The notes beneath the pieces were generated by a model that did not search any database, had not been told where the DNA came from, and saw only the letters and a list, made by a program, of their open reading frames with translations. Positions 62,732 through 64,000 of a DNA stretch of 64,000 bases are shown piece by piece. The DNA comes from Isurus oxyrinchus (taxonomy: Eukaryota): NCBI GenBank assembly GCA_026770705.1, contig JANJGN010000071.1, forward strand, positions 1,302,001 through 1,366,000. Direction: 5' to 3'. Positions within the stretch are counted from its first letter, which is position 1; each line of letters begins with the position of its first letter. Both the position numbers and the translations under genes were made by a program.

Positions 62732-63028
62732 CTTGCACATTTAGTACGAGGGTCCGCTCCGATGAAACAGATGGATATCTCACTCTGCAGCTGAGATTGT
62801 GTCCGTGGTGTTTGAGTGATGGGATCAGGGTCAGAACAGAAGTATAGTTCAGAGTGACACCATGCTGAGTTACAGTGTTTGAGACTGATCCAGGTACGTC
62901 AGTGGGAGTGTCCCAGGTTAAGACAGGTGCTGCTGTTCCATTGCACGTTGTGTTGAAGGTGCAGATTACATCCACAGGCTTTCCTGCAATAATTTCAGCA
63001 GGGAATATCGTGGGTTTATCTGTGAAAT
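62732..63028 (-). CDS. Siglec domain-2 C2-set exon (gene D), open
   Basis: 297 nt, phase 1-1; DFTDKPTIFPAEIIAGKPVDVICTFNTTCNGTAAPVLTW...LSCRVRYPSVSSERTLVLNVQ. Confidence 0.9.
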
Positions 63029-63756
63029 CTAACAGACAGAGAATGGATCCTTTTAGAGAAATATAACGTGAAGCATCAGTTCAAATAGAAATCACAGTCC
63101 CACAAGAAAAAGCACTTTTACAAGGATGATATCAGATCTGAGAGATTACAATGATCAGGAGAGAATTTCCTGCTTTGAGACTTTGGTGTTTCTGTCTCTC
63201 AGCTTAATACACGTTCAGTCCGAGACACTTGAACTGATAATAGTGGGTGAGGGTGAAGGAGCAGACCAGAGTTTGGAGTGCACTACCCCATCATTCACTC
63301 AGCAATCTGGGCCACTTATTACTCTGCAATTTGTGGGAGCTTGCTGTGCGCAAATTGGCTGCTGTGTTTCTCACATTACAACAGTAAATACAATTCAGGA
63401 ATCAGCTCATTGGCTGTGAAGTGATTTGGTCCGTGCTGAGGTGGTGAAAGGTGCTATAGAAATGTGAATCTTTCTTCTGTCGCTATGTCAGACTTCGAGA
63501 CAGGATTAGAGAGATCGATGGGAGTGGATAACCTGATAACATTGATGGACACAGTCAATACATTTTATCATTGATATTAAAGTGAGTATTAGAGGTTCCT
63601 TTAGGAGTGAACTGGAAGCCATCACCAGGTTATTGAGAATCAGACAGTGTGTTATAATAAGCTGTGTTTTGTGTTAATATGTAAATGTCATAGTTCGTGT
63701 TATTTCCCATTGAGTGTTGAATGTGAATTGGTGAGTAATTATAACACAGCACTTAC

Positions 63757-64000
63757 CAGAAACGTGAAGCTGGGTTACAGGGTAATAGTTATAGCTCGGA
63801 CCATTGTCAAATTCTATTCTGAAAAAATAAGGTCCTGCATCTCCCCGTGTGATGTTGTTTATAATCAGGGAACAGTCGCCATCTTTCCGGTCTCCAGACA
63901 GCCGGGTCCGATGGTGGAACCGTGGTAACTCGTGACTGTGATCCTTGGAGTGAAAGGCTGTAGACGATGTTCTCCATTCCTCATTATTAAGCCAGACTCC
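63757..64000 (-). CDS. Siglec V-set exon, 3' part (gene D), open; continues beyond the window
   Basis: GVWLNNEEWRTSSTAFHSKDHSHELPRFHHRTRLSGDRKDGDCSLIINNITRGDAGPYFFRIEFDNGPSYNYYPVTQLHVS then GTAAGT donor; essential Arg retained, no stop. Confidence 0.9.

Larger units (their letters stand above)
51455..64000 (-). repeat. Inverted segmental duplicate of 15646-28034
   Basis: Matching ORF pairs throughout (e.g. 27730+/51385-, 24135-/55294+, 19035+/60958-, 16581-/62875+); breakpoint tcactctgtaactc at 28034 vs 51455. Confidence 0.95.

Overview
Repeat-rich vertebrate genomic DNA. The 33-bp 'cagtgcagcactccctcagtactg' satellite and the CR1/L2-type LINE fragments suggest a cartilaginous fish. There are five N-gaps between 35.8 and 40 kb. 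The ORF track is mostly noise, so the genes below were rebuilt by hand from GT-AG splice sites and codon phase. (1) A cluster of Siglec-type Ig receptors. It includes a + strand 3' gene half (two stop-containing C2 exons, a TM exon and Tyr-motif tail exons) and a + strand leader-V-C2-TM(Arg) activating-type gene with a nonsense codon in V. It also includes an inverted, apparently open paralogue of that gene at the window end and a - strand inhibitory module (C2 x3, TM, ITIM+ITSM tail) with no V exon of its own. (2) A complete three-exon hepcidin gene on the - strand (30503-26133, 88 aa), missed by the ORF track. Its mature peptide is atypical: an 8-residue loop carrying an N-glycosylation sequon, and no DTHFP/QSH-type N-terminus. 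Its promoter has an exact GGCGCC-N5-GTCT BMP element. (3) A ~12.4-kb inverted segmental duplication (15646-28034 vs 51455-64000) that co-duplicated the activating Siglec and hepcidin exon 3. The two exon-3 copies differ only by non-synonymous changes. The rest is LINE/LTR debris, minisatellites and microsatellites.
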